Source: Gammaproteobacteria bacterium (GTDB taxonomy: Bacteria > Pseudomonadota > Gammaproteobacteria > Eutrophobiales > Eutrophobiaceae). From it: DNA of 64,000 nucleotides. The notes beneath the pieces were generated by a model that did no database searches, had not been told where the DNA came from, and worked only from the letters and a program-made list of their open reading frames with translations. Both the position numbers and the translations under genes were made by a program. Positions 10,351 to 20,243 of the stretch are shown piece by piece. The stretch spans positions 124,224-188,223 of the forward strand of contig WVYN01000021.1 of assembly GCA_011772965.1 (NCBI GenBank), read 5' to 3'. Each line of letters opens with the position of its first letter. The stretch's first letter is position 1.

Positions 10351-10377
10351 TTATCCCGGCAGGCTTATCCGGATTTA

Positions 10378-10611
10378 ATGAATACTTTTGATGACAAAGT
10401 TGAATGTGCGGATCATGGCCTGCAGGATGCCACCTATGTTTGTTGCCACCTGGTTGAATCATTAAATACTGGTCAACAGGTGGGTTTCTTTTATGCCTCC
10501 GAGCCCCGCGGTGATGCCTGGTGTGCGTCCTGTGAAGAGGTCCGGATTCGTGAGGGCGGGGAATCGGCGATTGGAACCATGCGTCTGAGGCCATTGCCAA
10601 TGTTACATTAA
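10378..10611 (+). CDS. Hypothetical small Cys-containing protein
   Basis: 77 aa with Cys at positions 10, 22, 23, 49 and 52 (CC and CxxC). No family recognised. Confidence 0.3.
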   Translation: MNTFDDKVECADHGLQDATYVCCHLVESLNTGQQVGFFYASEPRGDAWCASCEEVRIREGGESAIGTMRLRPLPMLH

Positions 10612-10677
10612 TTTGTGGTGTGTGCTATGACAAGGTCCACAAGCTGAACAGATTTTAGGCGTCTGGCTTCTTATATA

Positions 10678-12117
10678 ATGTCAATTATCATCACGGTATT
10701 CGTTATTTACCTGGCGATTCTGGTTGGTATTACTATCTGGAGCCGGACAGCGACCCATACCATTAAGGGTTATTTTATAGCCGATAAACAATTACCCTCC
10801 TGGGTAGTTGCTTTCAGCACCAATGCCACCGGTGAAAGTGGCTGGTTATTGCTGGGTCTGACCGGTATGGGTTATGCCGTGGGTGCACAGGCCTTCTGGG
10901 TTGTGGCCGGCGAGGTCCTCGGCATATCACTCTCATGGTTACTGCTATCCAGGCGACTCAAACGATTTTCAGATGCAAACGATTCCATCACCGTGCCAGA
11001 TGTGCTGGCGGCAAGATTCAATGATCGTGGTCATGTCCTCAGGCGCTTGAGTGTGTTAATCATTGTGGTCATGGTTGGCGCCTACGTCGCCGCACAGATG
11101 GTGGCAACCGGCAAGGCATTTGATGGCTTTACCGAGCTTGATTACTTTACCGGTGTTATGGTCGGTGCCTCGGTTATTATCCTGTACACGATGTTCGGTG
11201 GGTTCAAGGCGGTAGCCTGGACCGATCTGATTCAGGGTGTCCTGATGTTGTCAGGACTTGTAATATTACCAGTCGTTGCCATTCAAGCCGGTGGTGGCTG
11301 GAACAGTGTTATGGCAAATCTGTATGACCAGGACCCTGGTTTGCTGTCGCCCTGGGGGTCCGAAGGCAAGGGGCTATCGGCCCTGGTTATGATATTCAGT
11401 TTTCTGGCCATTGGTATACCGTTTTTGGGCGTACCGCAATTGATGGTTCGATTCATATCGGCCCGTTCGGAAGAAAGCCTGGTGCCGGCAATGATCATCT
11501 CTGTGATCGTACTTCTGTTTTTCACTTTCGGTGCCGTATTGACCGGTATGGCGGGTCGTGCCCTTTTCCCCGGCCTGGAAGATCCTGAACGCATACTGCC
11601 CATGATATCGACGACATTATTACCACCCGTAATGGGTGGCATCATGCTAGTGGTGGTCCTGGCTGCGATCATGTCGACCGTGGACAGCCTGTTGATTCTG
11701 GCGTCCTCGGCATTGGTACGGGACTACTGGCAGAAGATACATCGCTCACCATTATCTGATCGGGCCTTGTCCAACCGGGGTAAAGTTGTAACGCTCATCA
11801 TCGGTATTATTGGCATTGCCTTCGCTCTTCACCAGACACCGCTGATCTTCTGGTTTGTCCTGTTTGCCTGGTCTGGTCTGGGCGCGGCTTTCGGGCCGGT
11901 ACTTTTATGCGGACTCTGGTATCCCCGGACTAATCTGACGGGTGCCATTGCCGGTATGCTGGGTGGCTTCCTCACCACCATCGTCTGGGTACTGTGGTTT
12001 AAACCATATTTCCATGATCTGCTGGAAATTATTCCCGGTTTTACCATCGGTCTGGTATTAACTATCCTGATCAGTAACCTGACCGCCAGGCAAACCACAG
12101 CCAACGCAATAACTTAA
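10678..12117 (+). CDS. Sodium:solute symporter family (SSF) transporter
   Basis: 479 aa with about 13 TM segments and a PutP/PanF-like N-terminus. Confidence 0.8.
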   Translation: MSIIITVFVIYLAILVGITIWSRTATHTIKGYFIADKQLPSWVVAFSTNATGESGWLLLGLTGMGYAVGAQAFWVVAGEVLGISLSWLLLSRRLKRFSDANDSITVPDVLAARFNDRGHVLRRLSVLIIVVMVGAYVAAQMVATGKAFDGFTELDYFTGVMVGASVIILYTMFGGFKAVAWTDLIQGVLMLSGLVILPVVAIQAGGGWNSVMANLYDQDPGLLSPWGSEGKGLSALVMIFSFLAIGIPFLGVPQLMVRFISARSEESLVPAMIISVIVLLFFTFGAVLTGMAGRALFPGLEDPERILPMISTTLLPPVMGGIMLVVVLAAIMSTVDSLLILASSALVRDYWQKIHRSPLSDRALSNRGKVVTLIIGIIGIAFALHQTPLIFWFVLFAWSGLGAAFGPVLLCGLWYPRTNLTGAIAGMLGGFLTTIVWVLWFKPYFHDLLEIIPGFTIGLVLTILISNLTARQTTANAIT

Positions 12118-12839
12118 GCATCCAGTTCGGGGTAATGACGAAAGATGCCGTATTCATTAAAAGGTATGCGGCGTTCCGAGGCAAGATAAGCAGCGATATT
12201 GGGTCGGCTGGCCACCTTATCGTGCAGCATGACCAGTCCCAGGTAGCTTGATTCAAGACGTTTCATCTTTTTTGGAAAGGCATAGCGCAAACCCGCGATA
12301 ATCTGGAACAATGACAAGTCAACATAACTTAACCTCCGGCCAAGTGTATATGGGCTCTTACCTGTGTTGCTTATCAAGATTCTTTCAAAGTAATCCAGGT
12401 ATTTTGGGACCCGTTCCTTCAAAAAATAGACAGCCTTGCGTCGCGCCTCGCGTTTTTGATCCTTATAATAAAGACTGCCGGCTATCGGATGATGTACATC
12501 ATGGATTTCTGATACAAAGTCGGCAATGGTCAGTTGCAATTGATGTGCCCATATTTGTTTGGAATTTGCAGTGGGTACCAGTCCCAGTCGTAGCCCAAGA
12601 AATTGCAGGATATTAGCCGTCTGCCCGATGATGAGTTTTCCCGCCTTGAGGAAAGGTGGCGCAAACGGAGGGGAACCAGGTTTTGTATTTTCGAGAATTT
12701 GTACGATCCCCTCTATACCCTTGCCATGGCCTTCTAATCGTGCCATATCCGAGTAATCAGCACCTGCCTCCTCGAGTGCAAGCCGGACAAATTCACCTCT
12801 GCCCTGGATATTGGGCCAGTAGTAGAGTTCATAATGCAT
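12114..12839 (-). CDS. Glutathione S-transferase family protein
   Basis: N-terminal thioredoxin-like GST domain (YELYYWPNIQGRGEFVRLALEEAG). Confidence 0.65.
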   Translation of the reverse strand: MHYELYYWPNIQGRGEFVRLALEEAGADYSDMARLEGHGKGIEGIVQILENTKPGSPPFAPPFLKAGKLIIGQTANILQFLGLRLGLVPTANSKQIWAHQLQLTIADFVSEIHDVHHPIAGSLYYKDQKREARRKAVYFLKERVPKYLDYFERILISNTGKSPYTLGRRLSYVDLSLFQIIAGLRYAFPKKMKRLESSYLGLVMLHDKVASRPNIAAYLASERRIPFNEYGIFRHYPELDA

Positions 12840-13026
12840 GATTTACACCTCCGCAATTAACATCCAGCTTGGCGGTCAGCTGTAACAGGATCTTGATATA
12901 AACACTTGGTACCATCTCGCTGAAGCCCTATACTTTTATTATTATCTAGTGTTATTGTCGGGCGTTACAATTCATCGTGTTGTATTTTCAAGAGACTGAT
13001 TTATACGAATAGTTATTACCAGAACC

Positions 13027-13527
13027 ATGAACAAAGATATACCGTTACTATTCAGGCAGTTGACTCACGGTGTGTATGTTATCGGGGTTTCCTGCAAGGA
13101 TAATGACAACGCCTTTACAGCAGCATGGATTATGCAGGTCTCTTTTAGGCCTTTGCTGCTGGCTCTAAGTATTCACCCGGATCATTCCTCCTACAGGATG
13201 CTGATTCAGAGTAAGGCATTTTCGGTCAATGTCCTGCCAGACGGCAGGATTGACCTGGCCGATCGATTTGGGCGCCCTGCTGCCAAGGAAGACAAATTTG
13301 CTGGAGTAGCCTGGCACCGTGGAAAAACCGGTGCACCGCTCCTTGATGAGGCCTTGGCCTGTTTCGAGTGCGAATTCAGTCATGAATGTAGTGCCGGTGA
13401 TCACCAGCTGGTGTTTGGCCGTGTGGTAACTGGAGCGGTTTTAGATCCGGATGCAATTCCGATGAATTACCGCGATACCGGTGATCTGGACGGGAGCAGC
13501 AAGTTATACCCTGGCGGTTTTAGCTAA
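13027..13527 (+). CDS. Flavin reductase-like FMN-binding protein
   Basis: GVYVIG...NAFTAAW.MQVSF.P.LLALS is typical of the flavin reductase domain. Confidence 0.75.
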   Translation: MNKDIPLLFRQLTHGVYVIGVSCKDNDNAFTAAWIMQVSFRPLLLALSIHPDHSSYRMLIQSKAFSVNVLPDGRIDLADRFGRPAAKEDKFAGVAWHRGKTGAPLLDEALACFECEFSHECSAGDHQLVFGRVVTGAVLDPDAIPMNYRDTGDLDGSSKLYPGGFS

Positions 13528-13870
13528 GAAATGACCTGCTCCAAACGACGGGTGCTCCATAGCCCCGGCTGTAAGGCACAGGACCTGAAAGGGCGATAAT
13601 TTCCCCGTTATTCACTATATCATTGAGGGGAAACAATTTGATATTTCTGCCATTTCGCAACGCCAGAAATACTTTATTCTCTGGTATATTTAATATTTCA
13701 AGCAGCTCGCCATAGGTGATATCTTGGGGAACATCCAGTTTAAACTGGTGTGCACCGTTTCTGGCGAACTTGTAAAGTTTGTTAAAGAGGCGAATCTCGA
13801 GTTTAATCATATTCAGTTGCATGAAATAGACAGTCTCAGCCAGCATAATGCGACCTATCGTTTTATTCAT
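13520..13870 (-). CDS. MoaD/ThiS-like ubiquitin-fold small protein (uncertain)
   Basis: From M at 13810: IKLEIRLF...ALRNGRNIK...NDIVNNGEIIALSGPV follows the MoaD pattern, but there is no C-terminal GG. It overlaps the Crp fragment antisense. Confidence 0.4.
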   Translation of the reverse strand: MNKTIGRIMLAETVYFMQLNMIKLEIRLFNKLYKFARNGAHQFKLDVPQDITYGELLEILNIPENKVFLALRNGRNIKLFPLNDIVNNGEIIALSGPVPYSRGYGAPVVWSRSFLS

Positions 13871-14083
13871 TTTTTGCTTATATCCACACCTGAAAATGCT
13901 GCAACTAATGCTGAAATAAAGTTAACCTACCTTAGGAATATTATTGCATTACGACTGTCAATAAAACCCGAGACTTTTTCAAGGATAATGGCCCAGTTAA
14001 AGCAGAAGAATATTATCGACATTCGTGGCAGCCAGGTCATTATTCCTGATATTTCAAGGTTGCGTAACCTGGTAGATGACTAG
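13724..14083 (+). pseudogene. Crp/Fnr-family regulator C-terminal fragment (dimerisation helix plus HTH only; no cNMP-binding domain)
   Basis: RFIHFLL...LTYLRNIIALRLSIKPETFSRIMAQLKQKNIIDIRGSQVIIPD matches the Crp/Fnr HTH. No upstream frame encodes a cNMP domain. Confidence 0.45.
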
Positions 14084-14156
14084 GTTATTATTGATGAATT
14101 TAGAAACAGGATAAATTTATACAATAGGAATTTTCACGCCAGATAGCAAAATAAGG

Positions 14157-14729
14157 ATGACAGATATTCTTGAAAAGCTGCACCAGGATCATATCCATGC
14201 TGCCAAATTGCTGGATCTGTACGATAAACAACTACAGGTGCTCAAGGGAGGCGGTGATCCGAACTATATCATCATGCGGGACATCATGAAATATATGAGG
14301 AGTTATCCTGATGTTGTACATCATCCCCTTGAGGAAATAATATTTGAGAAAATGGAAGACAAGGACAAGCTGCTTAGTAAAAATATTGAGAAACTATGCA
14401 AGCAACACAGGGAAATTGATGATATTGGTGAAAAGCTATATGACAAGCTCTCCACCATTGCAGCAGGAATCGTAACTTCCCTGGAAGATTTCAAGATGGG
14501 GTCGGAAAAATACCTGGAACTGATGCGATCGCATATGGATCTTGAAGAGGGCGAGGTTTTCCCAAGAATCAGGAAACTTTTTACAGAGGTTGACTGGGAA
14601 GATGTCGATCTTGAATTGGCCAGGCAACATGACCCAATGTTTGGGGCCGGGATTGAAGAGCAATACGAGTATCTCTATGACTGCCTATTGTCTGAAGGAA
14701 ACGAGAGCGGGGGTAGTGCTGATTCCTGA
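14157..14729 (+). CDS. Hemerythrin HHE cation-binding domain protein
   Basis: H-rich N-terminus (HQDHIHAAKLLD) with HHPLEE...E and HMDLEEGEVFP motifs. Confidence 0.7.
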   Translation: MTDILEKLHQDHIHAAKLLDLYDKQLQVLKGGGDPNYIIMRDIMKYMRSYPDVVHHPLEEIIFEKMEDKDKLLSKNIEKLCKQHREIDDIGEKLYDKLSTIAAGIVTSLEDFKMGSEKYLELMRSHMDLEEGEVFPRIRKLFTEVDWEDVDLELARQHDPMFGAGIEEQYEYLYDCLLSEGNESGGSADS

Positions 14730-14908
14730 ACCAGAAAAATAGGGCCCGGTCTGTTCGGCAGCATCCTGCCGGGCCAGGATGTGTTAAGCCATCACATTCC
14801 CTTGTGATGTCCCTGCCTGATTAACATCAAGTCTAGCCAATAATACCTGAAAGAGTAAACTGGTTGGGTTAGGTGGTGACACTGGTTTATCAAAACAGGA
14901 GGTGGCCT

Positions 14909-15163
14909 ATGAAACTCTCCATCAAAGGCTTTGCACTGGCAGGCGCCATTGTCTGGGGGCTGGGCATGTGCCTGGTTATTATTGCCAATACCATTTCTCC
15001 CGATTATGCCGTTGATTTCCTGACAGTTATGGGATCTATCTATCCCGGATTTGAATACGGACAGGGTGCAAACAGCATCATTGTGGGGACGCTTTACGGG
15101 GTCATCGATGCCGGCATCGCCGGTGCTGTATTCGCCTGGCTTTATAACTGCCTTGCCAGATGA
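14909..15163 (+). CDS. Small membrane protein (hypothetical)
   Basis: An AGGAGG RBS at 14897-14902 precedes the ATG at 14909; two TM segments. Confidence 0.4.
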   Translation: MKLSIKGFALAGAIVWGLGMCLVIIANTISPDYAVDFLTVMGSIYPGFEYGQGANSIIVGTLYGVIDAGIAGAVFAWLYNCLAR

Positions 15164-15253
15164 GTCAGGACAATCTGGATCCGGAAATAGCTGCAGGTTG
15201 CCAATAAAAGTTTCGTTACGGTGGCAAAATGGCAGGGTACCCTTCCTGAAGGG

Positions 15254-15892
15254 TTATTCAACCTGGTAACAATCTGTACCGGAATCAGTTACCAGCTGTG
15301 ACATTAAATCATCAGCTGTGATTGCATTGCTGTTTACCAGCGGGAAACCGGTCACAGCAATACCCCGGCTTACCCAGGTATTGCAAGTGTTGAGTGCATG
15401 GAAATTGCCTTTTGCCATGTAAAACCGGCTGTTACCATAGAGCCCGGTTCCCCTGGCCTGGATATCATTGGCTTCGTTACGCAAAAAACTTTCTGCTATG
15501 TAATTTATTAACTTTTCATGACCTGCCACGGGAACAGAAAGTTTCCTGATTTTGCTGGCCGGAAAAAATTGCCGGGGTTCCTCTGTAATATCTACCAGAT
15601 GCAGTAGGGTAGTTGTTGGTAATAGTATTGCACGCATGGCAAGTCCATAAGTAAATTCCTTTGACTGATAAAATTGTTCATCACCCCAGCCAACCTCGAT
15701 GTAGGCCCCGTCACCCAGATCAGATCCTAGCGCAGGTATCCTGGCCATCAGTTCGTCGCTTTCAACGGCTATCCCCGTATGCCAGCCATGGCTGATGACA
15801 TAAAAGGATTTCAATTCAGGGCAAGCAAGATCAGTTTCAGCCGCACTACTGGCATATGAAGCTGCCAGCAGTAACAGGAAAAAAATACGCAT
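15254..15892 (-). CDS. Secreted hypothetical protein, DUF2459/TIGR02117-like
   Basis: Signal peptide MRIFFLLLLAASYASSAA with motifs GWHTGIAV, GWGDEQFY and NTCNTW. Confidence 0.5.
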   Translation of the reverse strand: MRIFFLLLLAASYASSAAETDLACPELKSFYVISHGWHTGIAVESDELMARIPALGSDLGDGAYIEVGWGDEQFYQSKEFTYGLAMRAILLPTTTLLHLVDITEEPRQFFPASKIRKLSVPVAGHEKLINYIAESFLRNEANDIQARGTGLYGNSRFYMAKGNFHALNTCNTWVSRGIAVTGFPLVNSNAITADDLMSQLVTDSGTDCYQVE

Positions 15893-15924
15893 AACTTATA
15901 GAAGTAGGTTATACCTCATGGCAA

Positions 15925-16323
15925 TTAGCGGGCCAGCTTGATACTGGCCGCAGTAACGATCCCCCATATCCAGTTGACTAAGACAACATAGGCCGGTGTT
16001 AGTTGCCCGAGTTCCATGCCGCCGATACCGGCATCCAGCTTGTAGGGAAACACGACAAAGATTTGCACCAAAGATGGCAACAGACTCAATGCGCTGCCTT
16101 TTAGAAGGATCCGCGAGTTGAGGATCGGCAAGATGAACATCAGACCCCACAGCCCACCCCAGACGATAGCCGGGTAAAGCCACTCCGGCGTAAATGCCGG
16201 GGCAACGGCAATATTAAATGACTGTGGTATACCGGCCTCGCCGAACAACCATAATACCAGGCGATTGGTCAGTGCACCTATACAACCCGCTGAGAAATAA
16301 ATCATCAAGTTTTTCATGACCAC
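15925..16323 (-). CDS. Polytopic membrane protein (hypothetical), translationally coupled to the upstream kinase
   Basis: 132 aa with four TM segments. Its start sits directly after the kinase stop (0-bp gap). Confidence 0.5.
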   Translation of the reverse strand: MVMKNLMIYFSAGCIGALTNRLVLWLFGEAGIPQSFNIAVAPAFTPEWLYPAIVWGGLWGLMFILPILNSRILLKGSALSLLPSLVQIFVVFPYKLDAGIGGMELGQLTPAYVVLVNWIWGIVTAASIKLAR

Positions 16324-19002
16324 TCAAGCCATTACTTTCATACAGTTACGGAGGTCCGCAGCCATTTCTTCGCCTTTCTGGTAACGGGCCTCTACCTGTT
16401 TTTGCAGACCCTTGTTGATGATAGCAGCGACGCAGGGATTCAGCTCGGATCGGATTCTAAGGATATCCGGATGCTGCTCGTTAGCAATGCTGTACATCAA
16501 AGTGGCCATGGAATCGCCCTTGAAGGGTAACTGTCCGCATAATAACTGGTAAAGCATAACTGTCAGCGAGAACAGATCGGAACGGCCGTCGATCTTCTTG
16601 CCAGCCAGTTGTTCCGGTGACATAAAAGAGGGTGTACCGAGGATGACGCCAGTCTTGGTGCGGCTGGAATCGGTAATACGGGCAATACCAAAGTCCGTAA
16701 TTTTCAATTTGTCTGTTTCAGAGTCATACATGATATTTGCCGGCTTGACATCACGATGCACCACGTTCTGGCTGTGAGCATAACCGAGTGCCTCGGCACA
16801 TTGCGCGATCATGTCCATTGCCTTTAGCGGTGGTAGCAAACGATGAGGCTTGGAATACTCTGTGAGATCTTTGCCCTTGAGGAATTCCATAGCGATGTAG
16901 GCAAGATCCAGCTCATCACCGGCATCGTAAATCGTCACAATATTCGGATGAGTGAGTCGGCCTGCGGTTTCTGCTTCACGGAAGAAACGTTTTCTTACTT
17001 CGTCCAGCTCATCAGTCTCGAATTCCTGCGACAGGGCCATGGTCTTGATTGCAACCACACGGTTAATCTTGGGGTCGCGGCCCTGGTAGACTATGCCCAT
17101 GGCCCCCTTGCCAAGTTCTTTTTCCACCTCATAGCGGCCCAACATGGGTTTCGATACAGCATCGCCATCCAGTACCAAGGTAGCCGCATTAGCCGAGGAA
17201 GGTGACCCACCAATAACCAGGGTATCCTGCAGGGTATGACTGCGCTTGATTCGATCCTGGATATCCCGATACTTGGAATCATGCTTGGTCATGTACTCAT
17301 ATATTGATGCGGCCTTGTTAAACTGGCGCTTGCGTTCAAAATCCAGACCAAGATTGTAAAGTGGTTCCATCATGTCATCGTCCAACGGGCATTGCCGGAA
17401 TTTTTCCAGGGCCATATCGAGTTGTCCCTGTTGCTGAAACTGGAGACCCAGCATGCGATTACTCTCGGCAGATTTTTCTTCGGAACGGATCATGCCGCGT
17501 TCCGTAACCAGGAAGCGTTTGGTAATCAGCAACAGGTATCCACCAACAAGTAAAGCGGAGGGTAGCATGAGTTCTACCCACATACCTTCCGTAATCAACA
17601 GATAGTGGTTCACGCCGATCAAAAGGGCCAGCAGGATCACACTGAGGACCGCAGCAACCCCGGCGCTGAGTCGTGGCAGGACGACTATCAGGTAAAGGGC
17701 GACAAGTAAAAAAGCACCTAGTGTTGCCGTCTCCGCCCAGTCCGGAACGATGAAAAAATCCTGGTTCAGGATACTGGCCACGGTATGTGCCAATACCAGG
17801 ACCGGTGACATATTTTCGGATACCGGCGTCGGGAAGCTGGTGCCGACACCAAAAGCGGTTGCGCCAATTAGTACGATACGGTCCTTGTAATTTTCAACGG
17901 GTACCTTGCCGGAATAAACATCAAAGAATGAGTCAACCGGGAAGGCCTCACGTTGGTTGCTGCCCTTGTAAAACAGGGGAAACATCCTCGAGATCGGATC
18001 CGTCAATATGCTGAGTTTACCGAGGTGTACGGCACGGCCGGGTTCCAGGCGAATGTCTACAGGTGAGAGATTCAGTCCCCTGGTTGCAATCATCAGCGCC
18101 AGGGAGGGGTAAACTTCCCCGTAGTATTCCACGGCCAGTAATTCCGTCCGTACACCTCCATCGGGATCACGCAGGTTAATCAAGTGGCCCACGCCCGCTG
18201 TGGCCTCACCGAGAATGGCGAGAGGCGGTGTCGCGGTATCGACAGCCAATGGCGATCCCGGTTTACTGCTGCTGATAATATTTTCAATACGGTTACGCTG
18301 AACAAAGTCGGGGAGTGACTTGTCAGGTTTTCCAATAGCCACACCTTTCCTGTCGATATTAAACTGCATACCCATGACCACGTTCCCGGCGTTGGCCATG
18401 CTGTCGGCGAGATGAGAATCCGTGTCCAGGCTGAGACGTGATTTTTCAAACAGGTCGCCCAGTTGCTTAAGATCGGCACTGTTGCTGCGTAAGCCAGAGG
18501 ATTCATAGTAGCCGATGAGATCGTTCAGTCGTTCCCTGGCCGGATCGGGCAGGGCGGTTTTTGCCTCAGTGTTCCCGGATGGCAGGGGAGCGAGCAGCTT
18601 GTTCTCTAGGACTGTCAACTCATCACCACTGGCCTTGAGACCCGAGCTTTCAAAATGCTCTATCAGTTTATTGATTTCCTTGAGTCCCGGATCTATCTGG
18701 GGTTCGGAAAGTAGAATGGTATTGCCGATGACACTGGCACCACCATCAGCCAGGCGGTTGATCATCTCGGCGAGGATGTCACGTGGCCATGGCCAACGTC
18801 CAAGATTGGCAATACTTTCATCATCTATGGCCACAACCGCAATGCGCTTGCCTGCTTCCTTGCTGGATGCCCGCAGACCAATGTCGTAAGCAAAGCGCTC
18901 CAGACCGGCAATCCAGCTGCTTCCCTCCATCAGCAGGAATGTGATTGATATGATCAGAGCAATCAACCAGTCACGCCGCCAGAATCCCTCTTTTTTTGCC
19001 AT
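16324..19002 (-). CDS. CHASE2 sensor domain – TM – TPR – Ser/Thr protein kinase
   Basis: N-terminal CHASE2 (RWPWPRD), hydrophobic segments around aa 400-480, a TPR-like stretch, and a Hanks kinase domain (GKGAMGIVY...AIK...HRDVKPANI...DFGIA...SPE). Confidence 0.8.
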   Translation of the reverse strand: MAKKEGFWRRDWLIALIISITFLLMEGSSWIAGLERFAYDIGLRASSKEAGKRIAVVAIDDESIANLGRWPWPRDILAEMINRLADGGASVIGNTILLSEPQIDPGLKEINKLIEHFESSGLKASGDELTVLENKLLAPLPSGNTEAKTALPDPARERLNDLIGYYESSGLRSNSADLKQLGDLFEKSRLSLDTDSHLADSMANAGNVVMGMQFNIDRKGVAIGKPDKSLPDFVQRNRIENIISSSKPGSPLAVDTATPPLAILGEATAGVGHLINLRDPDGGVRTELLAVEYYGEVYPSLALMIATRGLNLSPVDIRLEPGRAVHLGKLSILTDPISRMFPLFYKGSNQREAFPVDSFFDVYSGKVPVENYKDRIVLIGATAFGVGTSFPTPVSENMSPVLVLAHTVASILNQDFFIVPDWAETATLGAFLLVALYLIVVLPRLSAGVAAVLSVILLALLIGVNHYLLITEGMWVELMLPSALLVGGYLLLITKRFLVTERGMIRSEEKSAESNRMLGLQFQQQGQLDMALEKFRQCPLDDDMMEPLYNLGLDFERKRQFNKAASIYEYMTKHDSKYRDIQDRIKRSHTLQDTLVIGGSPSSANAATLVLDGDAVSKPMLGRYEVEKELGKGAMGIVYQGRDPKINRVVAIKTMALSQEFETDELDEVRKRFFREAETAGRLTHPNIVTIYDAGDELDLAYIAMEFLKGKDLTEYSKPHRLLPPLKAMDMIAQCAEALGYAHSQNVVHRDVKPANIMYDSETDKLKITDFGIARITDSSRTKTGVILGTPSFMSPEQLAGKKIDGRSDLFSLTVMLYQLLCGQLPFKGDSMATLMYSIANEQHPDILRIRSELNPCVAAIINKGLQKQVEARYQKGEEMAADLRNCMKVMA

Positions 19003-19107
19003 CGACTTTCTCTTTGTTATTGATGAACGACCGATAGACAGTATTCCTATCCATATTAGCTTGCCCCGACCCTGAATAAAACAGGAAAGGCCTCAAACTG
19101 TGGCTTC

Positions 19108-20235
19108 TTAACAGAATAATCGTTGCAGGATATTCTCATAGGTTGATGACAATGTATCGAGGTCATCCGCTTTTACGCATTCGTTCAATTTGTGAATCGT
19201 CGTATTCACCGGCCCCAGTTCGACTATCTGGGCACCGGTCGGGGCAATGAAGCGGCCGTCCGAGGTGCCTCCACCGGTACTGACTTCCGGCTCAAAACCA
19301 ATCGTTTCCTTGACGGCGTGAATAACGGCATTCAATAACTCGCCTTTTGTTGTGACAAATGGTTGGCCGGACAGCTTCCACTCGATGTCATACTCCAACT
19401 GGTGCCGGGCCAGGATCTCCTCGACCTTTTGCTCCAGTTCTGCCTGAGTGACTTCAGTACTGAAGCGAAAATTGAACATTACATCCAGGTGTCCCGGTAT
19501 TACATTATCCGCGCCGGTCCCGGCATTGAGGTTCGATATCTGGAACGAGGTCGGGGGATAAAATTCGTTGCCGTCATCCCACCGCATCGAGCTTAATTCT
19601 GCCAGGGCAGGGGCGAACAAATGAATAGGGTTGCGGGCCAGGTGCGGGTAAGCGACGTGACCCTGGATACCAAAGACAGTGAGTTTTGCGCCCAGTGAGC
19701 CCCGACGGCCATTCTTGATCACATCACCCAGAGTCTTCTTGCTGGAGGGTTCACCCACCAGGCACCAGTCGATCTTCATATTTTGCTCCACCAGATACTC
19801 AATGACCTTGCGGGTGCCGTTGATTGAGGGTCCTTCCTCGTCACTGGTGAGCAACAGGCCAATAGTGCCAGCATGGTCCGGATAGCTGGCCACAAAACGT
19901 TCCATGGCGGTGACCATGCTGGCAATGCTGCCTTTCATGTCGGCGGCACCGCGGCCATAGAGAAAACCCTCCCGGATCTCCGGCTTGAATGGATCGGAAA
20001 TCCATTGATTCACCGGGCCTGCTGGTACGACATCGGTATGGCCGACATAAATGAAACGGGGTGATCCCTCGCCATGGGTGATCCAGAGATTGTTGACGTC
20101 TTCATAGCGCAGGTGGGTTGCCTTGAACCCGGATCGTTCCAGGCGTTCGGCAAGCATCTGCTGGCAACCGGCATCTACCGGGGTAACGGTGGCGCGGCTG
20201 ATCAGGTCTGTGGCAAGGGTGAGTGTGTCGCTCAT
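19108..20235 (-). CDS. dapE: Succinyl-diaminopimelate desuccinylase
   Basis: M20 peptidase: GHTDVVP ... GRGAADMKG; 375 aa. Confidence 0.9.
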   Translation of the reverse strand: MSDTLTLATDLISRATVTPVDAGCQQMLAERLERSGFKATHLRYEDVNNLWITHGEGSPRFIYVGHTDVVPAGPVNQWISDPFKPEIREGFLYGRGAADMKGSIASMVTAMERFVASYPDHAGTIGLLLTSDEEGPSINGTRKVIEYLVEQNMKIDWCLVGEPSSKKTLGDVIKNGRRGSLGAKLTVFGIQGHVAYPHLARNPIHLFAPALAELSSMRWDDGNEFYPPTSFQISNLNAGTGADNVIPGHLDVMFNFRFSTEVTQAELEQKVEEILARHQLEYDIEWKLSGQPFVTTKGELLNAVIHAVKETIGFEPEVSTGGGTSDGRFIAPTGAQIVELGPVNTTIHKLNECVKADDLDTLSSTYENILQRLFC

Positions 20236-20243
20236 GAATTTAA

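Noticed and set aside
14743-14780. Compound GC hairpin (GGCCCGG...CCGGGCC) after the hemerythrin gene as a terminator
   Set aside because: No T-tract follows, so at best it is a weak or Rho-dependent element. I did not list it as a feature.
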